Assembly (NCBI GenBank): GCA_965214235.1
Contig: CBDCBH010000002.1
Location: forward strand, 838,320 to 902,319
Direction of reading: 5' to 3'
DNA from: Ilyomonas sp.
GTDB taxonomy: Bacteria > Bacteroidota > Bacteroidia > Chitinophagales > Chitinophagaceae
DNA length: 64,000 nt
Both the position numbers and the translations under genes were made by a program. Below the pieces are notes generated by a model. The model saw nothing but the letters and a program-made list of their open reading frames with translations. It made no database searches and was not told the origin of the DNA. Of the stretch, positions 56,298 through 64,000 are shown in pieces. Within the stretch, counting starts at the first letter, position 1, and each line of letters opens with the position of its first letter.

Positions 56298-58985
56298 ATG
56301 GAATTAAGCAAACATTACACACCTTCTGCAACCGAAGACAAATGGTATCAGCATTGGTTGAGCAAAGGCTATTTTAACAGCCAGCCCGATGACCGCAAAC
56401 CGTTTACCGTTGTTATTCCGCCACCCAATGTTACGGGCGTGTTGCACATGGGGCACACTTTAAATGAAACCGTGCAGGATATTTTGGTTAGAACCGCACG
56501 CCCCAAAGGCTATAACGCTTGCTGGGTGCCGGGCAGCGACCATGCTTCCATTGCTACCGAAGCCAAAGTAGTAGGCATGTTGAAGGAGCGTGGCATTGAT
56601 AAAAATAATCTCACTCGCGAAGAGTTTTTGAAATATGCTTTTGAGTGGAAAGAAAAATATGGCAGCATTATTTACAGCCAGATTGCAAAGCTGGGTTGCA
56701 GTGTAGATTGGAACCGCGTAACTTTTACAATGGATGATCATTATTACAAAGCGGTAATTAAAGTGTTTGTCGATTTGTACAACAAAGGATTGATTTATCG
56801 CGGGGCGCGGATGATTCATTGGGATGTAGCTGCGCAAACGGCTTTGAGCGATGAAGAAGTGGAATACAGAGATGTAGAAGGCAAGCTGTATTATGTGAAA
56901 TATTTGATTGAAGATGACAGCAAGCAACCTTCTGTCAACGGTCATCTCTCATCTGACAACTACATCGTCATTGCCACCCAACGCCCCGAAACGATTATGG
57001 GTGATGTTGCGGTGTGCGTCAATCCTAACGATGAACGCTATAAAAAATATAAGGGCAAAAAAGTAATGGTGCCTTTAATCAATAAAGCCGTTCCGGTGAT
57101 ATTTGATGAGTATGTTGACCCATCATTCGGTACAGGTGTTTTGAAAATAACGCCGGCACATGACATTAACGATTATAACATCGGCATCAAACACAATTTA
57201 CCTGTAATTGATACTTTAACGGACGATGGAAAAATAAGCGAAGCTGCACAGGTGTTTGTTGGCAAAGACCGTTTTGAAGCGCGCAAGCTGGCAGTTGAGC
57301 AATTGCGCAACGAGGGTTTGTTATTGAAAGAAGAAACCTACACAACAAGGCTTGGCTATTCGCAACGAACCAACTCGGTAGTTGAACCCAAAATATCTAC
57401 ACAGTGGTTTGTAAAAATGAGAGAGTTTGCCAAACCTGCACTGGACGCGGTTTTGAGCGGAGACATTACAATTCATCCCGGTGATAAATTTATCGCTACT
57501 TATAAATATTGGCTGGAGAATGTAAAAGATTGGTGCATCAGCCGCCAGCTTTGGTGGGGACAGCAAATACCTGCGTGGTACGATGAGCAAGGCAATATGG
57601 TAGTTGCAGAAACGGAAGAGGAAGCAAGGGAAATAGCAAAGAGCTACGAGCCACGAGCTATGAGCGACTACTCGAAGCTCGAAGCTCAAAGCTCAAAGCT
57701 CACCAGAGATAGCGATGTTCTCGACACCTGGTTTTCTTCCTGGCTTTGGCCTATCGAAGTATTTAAAGGAATCACCGAACCCGATAACAAAGACATCAAC
57801 TATTATTATCCAACTTCGGTGTTGGTAACCGGGCAGGACATTATCTTTTTCTGGGTTGCCCGCATGATTATGGCCGGCACCGAATTCAAACACAGCAAGC
57901 CTTTCAGCGATGTTTACTTTACCGGCATGGTGCGCGACAAGCAAGGTAGAAAGATGAGTAAGCAATTGGGCAATTCACCCGATTTATTAGAGCTGATAGA
58001 TAAATACGGTGCCGATGCCGTGCGCTTTGGCATCATGATTTCTTCACCCGCCGGGAACGATTTATTGTTTGATGAAGGTTCGCTTGAACAAGGCAGAAAC
58101 TTCAATAACAAATTGTGGAATGCGTTGAAGTTGGTGAAGATGTGGGAAGAAAAACTGTCAACCGTCAACCGTCAACTGTCAACTGAAGAAAATTTTGCTG
58201 TAAACTGGTTTGAAAACAGGATGAACAAAGTGAGGGGAGAAGTGGAGTATTTACTATCTCAATTCAAGTTGAGCGAAGCTTTAAAAACCATTTACTCTTT
58301 ACTATGGGACGATTTCTGTAGCTGGTATCTCGAATGGATTAAACCTTCGGCTGAAGAAGCCATGAATGAAAACATCTACAAAAAAACATTGCAGTTTTTC
58401 GATACCATGTTACAGCTTCTGCATCCGTTTATGCCGTTTATCACCGAAGAAATTTATCATTTGCTGCAAGATAGAAGCGATGACTTGTGCATCAAACAAT
58501 GGAAAGGTTTTACAGAAGCCGATGATGCTATTTTACAACAAGGTTATTTATTGCAACAACTCATTACCGGCATTCGGGATGCAAAAAACAAAAACGGTTT
58601 GAAGCCGCGCGAAACGGTTAATTTGAATATTCAAACCAGCGATCAATTTTTGTATGACAGCTTTGCCTCCATCCTGCAAAAACAAACATCAGCCGGTGAG
58701 ATTGTTTATGTTTATGAAGCTGTTGCCGATTCAATCGTTATAACGATTGATAAAGATAAAATCTATCTGCAATCCAATGTCTCGGTTGATAAAGAAAGCA
58801 TCAAAGCTGAAATAGAAAAAGACCTCGGTTACCAGCGTAATTTTTTGAATAGCGTTATCAAAAAATTATCGAACGAACAATTTGTTCAGAATGCGAAACC
58901 TGAAGTGGTTGCTTTGGAAAAAAAGAAAAGAGCCGATGCCGAAGCGCGCATTCAATCATTGGAAGAAAGCCTTGCAAATTTATAA
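56298..58985 (+). CDS. valS: valine--tRNA ligase
   Basis: HIGH motif (PPPNVTGVLHMGH), KMSKS motif (KMSKQLGNS), an editing domain and a C-terminal coiled coil. I prefer the ATG at 56298 (MELSKHYTPS) over the ORF-track start at 56154. Confidence 0.96.
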   Translation: MELSKHYTPSATEDKWYQHWLSKGYFNSQPDDRKPFTVVIPPPNVTGVLHMGHTLNETVQDILVRTARPKGYNACWVPGSDHASIATEAKVVGMLKERGIDKNNLTREEFLKYAFEWKEKYGSIIYSQIAKLGCSVDWNRVTFTMDDHYYKAVIKVFVDLYNKGLIYRGARMIHWDVAAQTALSDEEVEYRDVEGKLYYVKYLIEDDSKQPSVNGHLSSDNYIVIATQRPETIMGDVAVCVNPNDERYKKYKGKKVMVPLINKAVPVIFDEYVDPSFGTGVLKITPAHDINDYNIGIKHNLPVIDTLTDDGKISEAAQVFVGKDRFEARKLAVEQLRNEGLLLKEETYTTRLGYSQRTNSVVEPKISTQWFVKMREFAKPALDAVLSGDITIHPGDKFIATYKYWLENVKDWCISRQLWWGQQIPAWYDEQGNMVVAETEEEAREIAKSYEPRAMSDYSKLEAQSSKLTRDSDVLDTWFSSWLWPIEVFKGITEPDNKDINYYYPTSVLVTGQDIIFFWVARMIMAGTEFKHSKPFSDVYFTGMVRDKQGRKMSKQLGNSPDLLELIDKYGADAVRFGIMISSPAGNDLLFDEGSLEQGRNFNNKLWNALKLVKMWEEKLSTVNRQLSTEENFAVNWFENRMNKVRGEVEYLLSQFKLSEALKTIYSLLWDDFCSWYLEWIKPSAEEAMNENIYKKTLQFFDTMLQLLHPFMPFITEEIYHLLQDRSDDLCIKQWKGFTEADDAILQQGYLLQQLITGIRDAKNKNGLKPRETVNLNIQTSDQFLYDSFASILQKQTSAGEIVYVYEAVADSIVITIDKDKIYLQSNVSVDKESIKAEIEKDLGYQRNFLNSVIKKLSNEQFVQNAKPEVVALEKKKRADAEARIQSLEESLANL

Positions 58986-58987
58986 GC

Positions 58988-59581
58988 ATGAAACAAAATG
59001 TCAGGTTTGTTTTTACTCTTCTTTTAGTAGCCAATTGCTTTTTTTTCATAGCAAAAACAAATGCACAAAACTGGGATGTTGATTTTGTAAAATCGGTCAA
59101 TCCTGTTCACCCGAATTCCTTTGTTGATAAGGGTTTGAGCGCATCGGTGTATCCGGTAAGCGTTGCTGTTCCTGTTGCAACTTTCATCATTGGTTCAATA
59201 AAAAAAGATAAGAAAATAAAAGTGAAGGCTTATGAGCAGATCGGCTCGCTGGCTATCAGCATTATCATCGCCGAAGGATTAAAAAAAACGATCAACCGCG
59301 AGCGACCTTATCAAAAATATGCCGGCATTTATCCTTACCAATACGAAGTAGGCGAATCGTTTCCATCGGGTCATGCAACCCTTGCTTTTGCAACCGCAAC
59401 CACGCTTTCTTTACAATATAAAAAATGGTATGTGGTTGTGCCGGCGTATGCCTGGGCAGCGGGTTGTAGCTACTCGCGGTTGTATCTCGGCGAACATTAC
59501 ACAACCGATGTGCTGGCAGGTGCCGCCATTGGTACAGGCAGTGCGTTAGTAAGCCATTGGCTCACCAGAAAAATCTTTTAA
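58988..59581 (+). CDS. PAP2-family phosphatase (membrane)
   Basis: Motifs KxxxxxxRP (KKTINRERP), PSGH and SRLYLGEHYTTD. Confidence 0.85.
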   Translation: MKQNVRFVFTLLLVANCFFFIAKTNAQNWDVDFVKSVNPVHPNSFVDKGLSASVYPVSVAVPVATFIIGSIKKDKKIKVKAYEQIGSLAISIIIAEGLKKTINRERPYQKYAGIYPYQYEVGESFPSGHATLAFATATTLSLQYKKWYVVVPAYAWAAGCSYSRLYLGEHYTTDVLAGAAIGTGSALVSHWLTRKIF

Positions 59582-59583
59582 TA

Positions 59584-60087
59584 ATGTTTGGCTTTAAAAG
59601 GGCAGAAGAAAGTGAAATTGGAGACATTCAACTGATTGCGGATGTTACGTGGAAGCAAACCTATCAATCAATAATAAATCCGGACCAAATTGATTACATG
59701 TTTACTGTAATGTACTCGAAAGAGGCACTTGAACAGCAATTTAAAGAAGGTCATTTGTTTTATTTTATTTATAATGATTTCGATCTTATTGGGTTTGCAT
59801 CAATAAAGCACTTAGAAGATAATGTTTGGAAGTTGCATAAAATTTATGTAACGCCACAGCAGCAAGGAAATGGTGCAGGCAAAGCATTGCTTCAGTTTAT
59901 AATTAACAAAGTGCGATCATTGGGAGGTGCTCAATTAGAGTTGAATGTAAACCGGGACAACAAAGCCCGTTTCTTTTATGAGAAAAATGGTTTTGCAATA
60001 AAAGAAAAAGCCGACATTGATATTGGCAATGGCTTTTTTATGAACGATTACATTATGGTGCTGAATATTGACAATTGCGAGGACTGA
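59584..60087 (+). CDS. GNAT family N-acetyltransferase
   Basis: Acetyl-CoA motif VTPQQQGNGAGKALL. ATG at 59584. Confidence 0.85.
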   Translation: MFGFKRAEESEIGDIQLIADVTWKQTYQSIINPDQIDYMFTVMYSKEALEQQFKEGHLFYFIYNDFDLIGFASIKHLEDNVWKLHKIYVTPQQQGNGAGKALLQFIINKVRSLGGAQLELNVNRDNKARFFYEKNGFAIKEKADIDIGNGFFMNDYIMVLNIDNCED

Positions 60088-60136
60088 TTTTTTATTAGCA
60101 TCTTTTTTGTTTACTTCTTGTACAAAAACAAACAAC

Positions 60137-61498
60137 ATGAAAGTTGTGATTGTAGGCGGCGGTTTCGCAGGTTTTAAACTCGCCAATAAATTAAACAATA
60201 AAAAAGGCATCGAAATAACTTTGATTGATAAATACAATTATCATCAGTTCCAGCCTTTGTTTTACCAGGTAGCAACTGCATCGTTAGATGCCAGCAATAT
60301 TTCATTTCCGTTGCGAAAAGCTTTTCAGGAATCAAAAAATTTTACATTTCACTTAGCTACGGTTACCGAAATAAAAACTGCTGAAAATATTGTAGTAACC
60401 GATACCGGCGATGTAAGTTATGATGTGTTGGTGTTAGCCACGGGTTGCGATACCAATTTCTTTGGCAACAAGCAAATGCAAAGCCTGGCATATCCCATGA
60501 AGTCAACCGTAGAAGCATTGCGTTTGCGGCATCATTTGGTGCAGATGTTTGAAGATGCTGAATTAGTTAAAAACGATAACGAAAAACTAATGCAGCAAAT
60601 GTGCATTGTAGTGGTGGGTGGCGGACCAACCGGCGTTGAATTGAGCGGAGCAATATCAGAGATGCGCAATAAAATTTTGCCGAAAGATTATCCGGATATT
60701 GACTTTTCGAAAATGAAAATTTATTTGCTGGAAGGCAGCCCGAAAACGCTGGGCGTAATGAGTGAAAAAAGCAGCGAGCAAAGCCAGCAATATTTGAAAG
60801 AGTTGGGAGTGGAAGTAAAAACAGGAACGGTGGTAAAGGAGTTTGATGGCGAAAAAGTAACGCTATCGAATGGTGATGTAATACTTACTAAAACAGTTGT
60901 TTGGGCGGCTGGTGTAAAAGGTAATTTACCTGCCGGTTTTGATGGTTCTCTAATTGTAAAAGGCAATCGGCTAAAGGTTGATCGGTTTAATAAAGTGCTT
61001 GGTTTTACCAACGTATATGCCGCCGGAGACATAGCTAGTATGGAAACACCAAAATATCCAAACGGTCATCCGCAATTAGCTAATGTTGCCATTGGGCAAG
61101 GTAAATTATTAGCAGAAAATTTAATAAAATTAGCCAATAACAGTCGTGAACCTTTAAAGCAATATGAATATCACGACAAAGGCAATATGGCAACGGTTGG
61201 AAGAAACCGTGCAGTAGTTGATATTCCCAAACCAAAGCTACATTTTGGTGGTTTTATTGCATGGTTTATGTGGATGAGCGTCCACTTGTTCTTAATCTTA
61301 GGAGCAAAAAACAAAGTTCAAATTTTCATTAACTGGGTTTATAAATATTTCACTTTCGATCAAAACCTACGATTAATTTTTAACGGACTTGGAGTTAGTG
61401 ATAAACGATTAGCGAATCAAGTTGTGCAAAACACTAATCAGCAACAACAAAGCGGACCTCAAAGTCAACAAGTAAAACCAGCGACCGCTCCAGTTTAA
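60137..61498 (+). CDS. ndh: type II NADH dehydrogenase (NDH-2) / FAD-dependent oxidoreductase
   Basis: Two Rossmann motifs (VVIVGGGFAG and VVGGGPTGVE). ATG at 60137. It has a Q-rich C-terminal tail. Confidence 0.85.
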   Translation: MKVVIVGGGFAGFKLANKLNNKKGIEITLIDKYNYHQFQPLFYQVATASLDASNISFPLRKAFQESKNFTFHLATVTEIKTAENIVVTDTGDVSYDVLVLATGCDTNFFGNKQMQSLAYPMKSTVEALRLRHHLVQMFEDAELVKNDNEKLMQQMCIVVVGGGPTGVELSGAISEMRNKILPKDYPDIDFSKMKIYLLEGSPKTLGVMSEKSSEQSQQYLKELGVEVKTGTVVKEFDGEKVTLSNGDVILTKTVVWAAGVKGNLPAGFDGSLIVKGNRLKVDRFNKVLGFTNVYAAGDIASMETPKYPNGHPQLANVAIGQGKLLAENLIKLANNSREPLKQYEYHDKGNMATVGRNRAVVDIPKPKLHFGGFIAWFMWMSVHLFLILGAKNKVQIFINWVYKYFTFDQNLRLIFNGLGVSDKRLANQVVQNTNQQQQSGPQSQQVKPATAPV

Positions 61499-61570
61499 GA
61501 ATAAATTTTTTCCTATAATTTATATTATGTTAAGTTGAAAATTTCCTTCGTCTCTTCTATCATATAAAAA

Positions 61571-61600
61571 CAAAAGCAGCCAATTCATGGGCTGCTTTTG
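61571..61600. terminator. bidirectional terminator between ndh and the TPR gene
   Basis: An 11-bp perfect stem (caaaagcagcc / ggctgcttttg) flanked by T runs. Confidence 0.75.
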
Positions 61601-61621
61601 TTTTTATTGATCTTTTATAAA

Positions 61622-62920
61622 TTACATGACTTTGTATTTATCGTGTTCGTTTGAATATTGATTGAACTTAGCATCGTACTTGTCATAATCTTTCGGTGCA
61701 ATGCCTTTTGAGCGTTCTCTTTTCCATTGATACAAATTGGCAAGAAAATCAACAGAACGATTTAAAGAATTTGATTCGTTTTTATCGCGGTCGGTTTTCG
61801 CTTTTAAAACGGTATAGCCTTTTTCAAGCCAGTTAATGGCAGAATCGGCATAAGGCAATTGCTGTTTTTGTATGTCAGCACGTTTTGCTTTTAAAGCTGC
61901 TCCTTCGCCACGCAGTGTGTAAAATCTATCATCTAAAATATTAAAAATATTATAGTTTAAAACGCCAGCGTTAAAAGCGTATAAACCTTTGTTCGGATTT
62001 AGAGCAAATAACTTTTCATAAATACCTGCAGACATCATTTTTAAATCAACCTGCTGCGAGCTATCTAACGCTTTTGTTTTATCAGGATCATTAAAAGCTT
62101 CTGCATAACCAACCAATTGGTCTTCGGTTAATGAGCCACCGGCTTGTGCTTTGTATTTATCAATAATTTGCTGCAAAGAAGATCCGCTTGTCATGTTGCT
62201 CATTTCCATTTGCGACCATAAAGCGGATTGATCGGGATATAATTCCTTTGCAACAGCAAGATATTTTGTGAACTTATCGGGTTGTTTTAGTCGTGAATAA
62301 TCATCAATCATGTACTGATACATAGGTTGTAAATCTTTACCACCAGCTTTTACATCAGCAAGCTTTTCATAGTACATGGTTGCATCATCTAACTTACCTG
62401 TATTTTGCGCTGCATAGCCTGTGTACAAAACAGTAAATGTATCAATGTTTGATTTGTTTGAATTAAATCCATTTTGATTGATAAATTCACTCATGGCTTC
62501 AGCACGCTTAAAATTACTAAGTGCTAATGGCCAGTTGCTTTGAGAAAAATATTTTTTACCATCGTTGAAAGATGATGTGTATATCCAGGCAATGCTATTT
62601 AACGTGCCATTTTCTTTTAATGCTTTTAAAGTGGGGTCTTTTTGTTTGTAAGTCATTAACGCATTGTAAGCATCATCGGCAGCAGTTGGATATTTGGAGG
62701 CATTGCTGCTGTCTTTATAAAACTCACTGTTTAAAGCGGCTTCCCATAAATAAGTATCAGCTTTGTCTTTGCCCTTATCTGTTGTGGCAATTTTATCAAG
62801 TTCTTTTTTAGCATCATCATACTTTTTCAGCGTGTAAAGAGTTGCCACTTTCGTATAATCCTGCGCCATTGCAAGATATCCTAAAGCAGCAAATAAAAAA
62901 GACAACGTCAGGTGTTTCAT
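61622..62920 (-). CDS. secreted tetratricopeptide-repeat-like protein
   Basis: A signal peptide and helical repeat composition with a Y/A/K-rich TPR-like periodicity. It lies downstream of gyrA. This is a weak family call. Confidence 0.55.
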   Translation of the reverse strand: MKHLTLSFLFAALGYLAMAQDYTKVATLYTLKKYDDAKKELDKIATTDKGKDKADTYLWEAALNSEFYKDSSNASKYPTAADDAYNALMTYKQKDPTLKALKENGTLNSIAWIYTSSFNDGKKYFSQSNWPLALSNFKRAEAMSEFINQNGFNSNKSNIDTFTVLYTGYAAQNTGKLDDATMYYEKLADVKAGGKDLQPMYQYMIDDYSRLKQPDKFTKYLAVAKELYPDQSALWSQMEMSNMTSGSSLQQIIDKYKAQAGGSLTEDQLVGYAEAFNDPDKTKALDSSQQVDLKMMSAGIYEKLFALNPNKGLYAFNAGVLNYNIFNILDDRFYTLRGEGAALKAKRADIQKQQLPYADSAINWLEKGYTVLKAKTDRDKNESNSLNRSVDFLANLYQWKRERSKGIAPKDYDKYDAKFNQYSNEHDKYKVM

Positions 62921-62930
62921 ATCGCTTGTT

Positions 62931-64000
62931 TTATTGGTGATTATCGTTATTATTTTCTAATGACTGATCTGAATCGGTTTCGTTTATTATGGGTGTATTT
63001 GTTTCAGCCGTTTCGTTTTCTGCTTCTGCTATTTCTTCAATAATAGCTTCTTCTTCTTCAATTTGAGAAACCGCTGCTATTTCATCTCCGTTATCTAACC
63101 GGATTAAAATAACGCCTTGTGTATTTCGTCCGGCCTCTTTAATATTTTTTACAGGCGTACGCAAAGTAATGCCGGATTTGCAGGTAATAATTAAATCTTC
63201 TTTCTCACTTACGTTCAATATGGCAACGAGTTTGCCGGTTTTTTCAGTTACATTTATTGTTTTCACACCTTTACCGCCACGGTTGGTAATGCGATACACA
63301 TCTTCACCTTCTGAAAGCAATGGTGTTCGTTTACCAAAGCCTTTTTTGCTTACAACCAAAATCGTTTTTTCAGAATCTTCCCTATTAACACATATCATGC
63401 CTATCACTTCATCTTTTCCATTTTCTGTATCTATACCCTGAACGCCAATAGCTCCGCGACCCGTTGGGCGAACTTTAGCCTCGGGAAAACGGATAGCTCT
63501 GCCGCTGCGCACCGCCATCATAACTTCGTTACTACCGGTGGTGAGTTTGGCTTCCAGCAATTCATCGCCTTCAATAATAGTTATTGCAATAACACCATTT
63601 AAACGCGGACGACTAAAATCTTCCAGAGGCGTTTTTTTAATTATGCCTTTTTTTGTGCAAAGAATGATATTATGGTTCTGAACAAAATCTTTGTTATCTA
63701 ATTTTTTTACGTCAAGTATGGCTCTCACTTTATCATCAGGCGGTATTTGTATCAGGTTTTGAATCGCTCTGCCTTTGCTTTGCTTTTCGCCTTCTGGTAT
63801 CTCATATACTTTTAACCAGAAAGCCCTGCCTTTTTCAGTAAAGAACATCATGGTATGATGCGTTGAAGCAACGAATAGATGCTCAACATAATCTTCTTCT
63901 CTTGTTTTACTTCCTACGGCTCCTCTTCCACCGCGGCGTTGCTGGCGGTATTCCGTAGCTGATGTGCGCTTGATATAACCTAAATGCGATATAGTGATTA
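62931..64000 (-). CDS. gyrA: DNA gyrase subunit A, C-terminal part (gene continues beyond the window)
   Basis: The reading frame stays open to the window edge (ITISHLGYIKRTSATEYRQQRRGGRGAVG...). It shows the GyrA beta-pinwheel repeats and an acidic tail. Confidence 0.92.
   Translation of the reverse strand, partial: ITISHLGYIKRTSATEYRQQRRGGRGAVGSKTREEDYVEHLFVASTHHTMMFFTEKGRAFWLKVYEIPEGEKQSKGRAIQNLIQIPPDDKVRAILDVKKLDNKDFVQNHNIILCTKKGIIKKTPLEDFSRPRLNGVIAITIIEGDELLEAKLTTGSNEVMMAVRSGRAIRFPEAKVRPTGRGAIGVQGIDTENGKDEVIGMICVNREDSEKTILVVSKKGFGKRTPLLSEGEDVYRITNRGGKGVKTINVTEKTGKLVAILNVSEKEDLIITCKSGITLRTPVKNIKEAGRNTQGVILIRLDNGDEIAAVSQIEEEEAIIEEIAEAENETAETNTPIINETDSDQSLENNNDNHQ

Noticed and set aside
57641-57703. 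valS heptad tract as a sequencing or assembly artefact or frameshift
   Set aside because: The tract is exactly 63 nt, so the frame is preserved. The conserved DVLDTWFSS and KMSKS blocks downstream remain in frame, so it appears to be genuinely translated sequence.

Overview
This is a chromosomal window from a Bacteroidota genome. The lineage looks Chitinophagaceae/Sphingobacteriia-like, based on gldC, a T9SS C-terminal sorting domain protein, a CarboxypepD_reg-type TonB receptor and TAnnTTTG -7 boxes; that lineage call is my inference. Positions 1-44.7 kb and 55.5-64 kb are ordinary, densely packed core genes. They include purC, thyA-folA, def, ruvX, pth, ctc, prs, radC, xylAB-uxuA, valS, ndh and a partial gyrA, plus one tRNA-Met(CAT). 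The core also holds a CDP-sugar/C-methyltransferase glycan cluster, an imelysin/di-haem/Rieske/porin cluster, and an AmgK-like kinase fused to a RapZ C-terminal domain next to a MurU-like gene. The stretch from about 44.8 to 55.25 kb is a visibly AT-richer accessory island. It carries three insertion sequences from three families (IS1182, IS5 with a split transposase, IS110). Its cargo is a 4-TM small protein, a Dam-like N6-adenine methyltransferase with a candidate PD-(D/E)XK nuclease, and a DEDDh exonuclease with a novel Cys-rich N-terminal domain followed by a 209-aa protein of unknown function. The cargo is embedded in several families of non-coding repeats: roughly 180-560 bp direct repeats with an inverted-repeat operator-like site, an array of about 15 TTGAC motifs spaced about 18 bp apart, and a CA-rich leader present before both cargo operons. 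The best candidate for an undescribed system is the exonuclease plus unknown-protein pair (51972-53595) beside the apparently decaying R-M module. Other oddities are in-frame heptanucleotide repeat tracts inside valS and strand-biased heptad-periodic tracts and palindromic elements in core intergenic regions. All calls come from reading the sequence and ORF translations. No database search was run, and coordinates of non-coding elements are approximate to a few bp.
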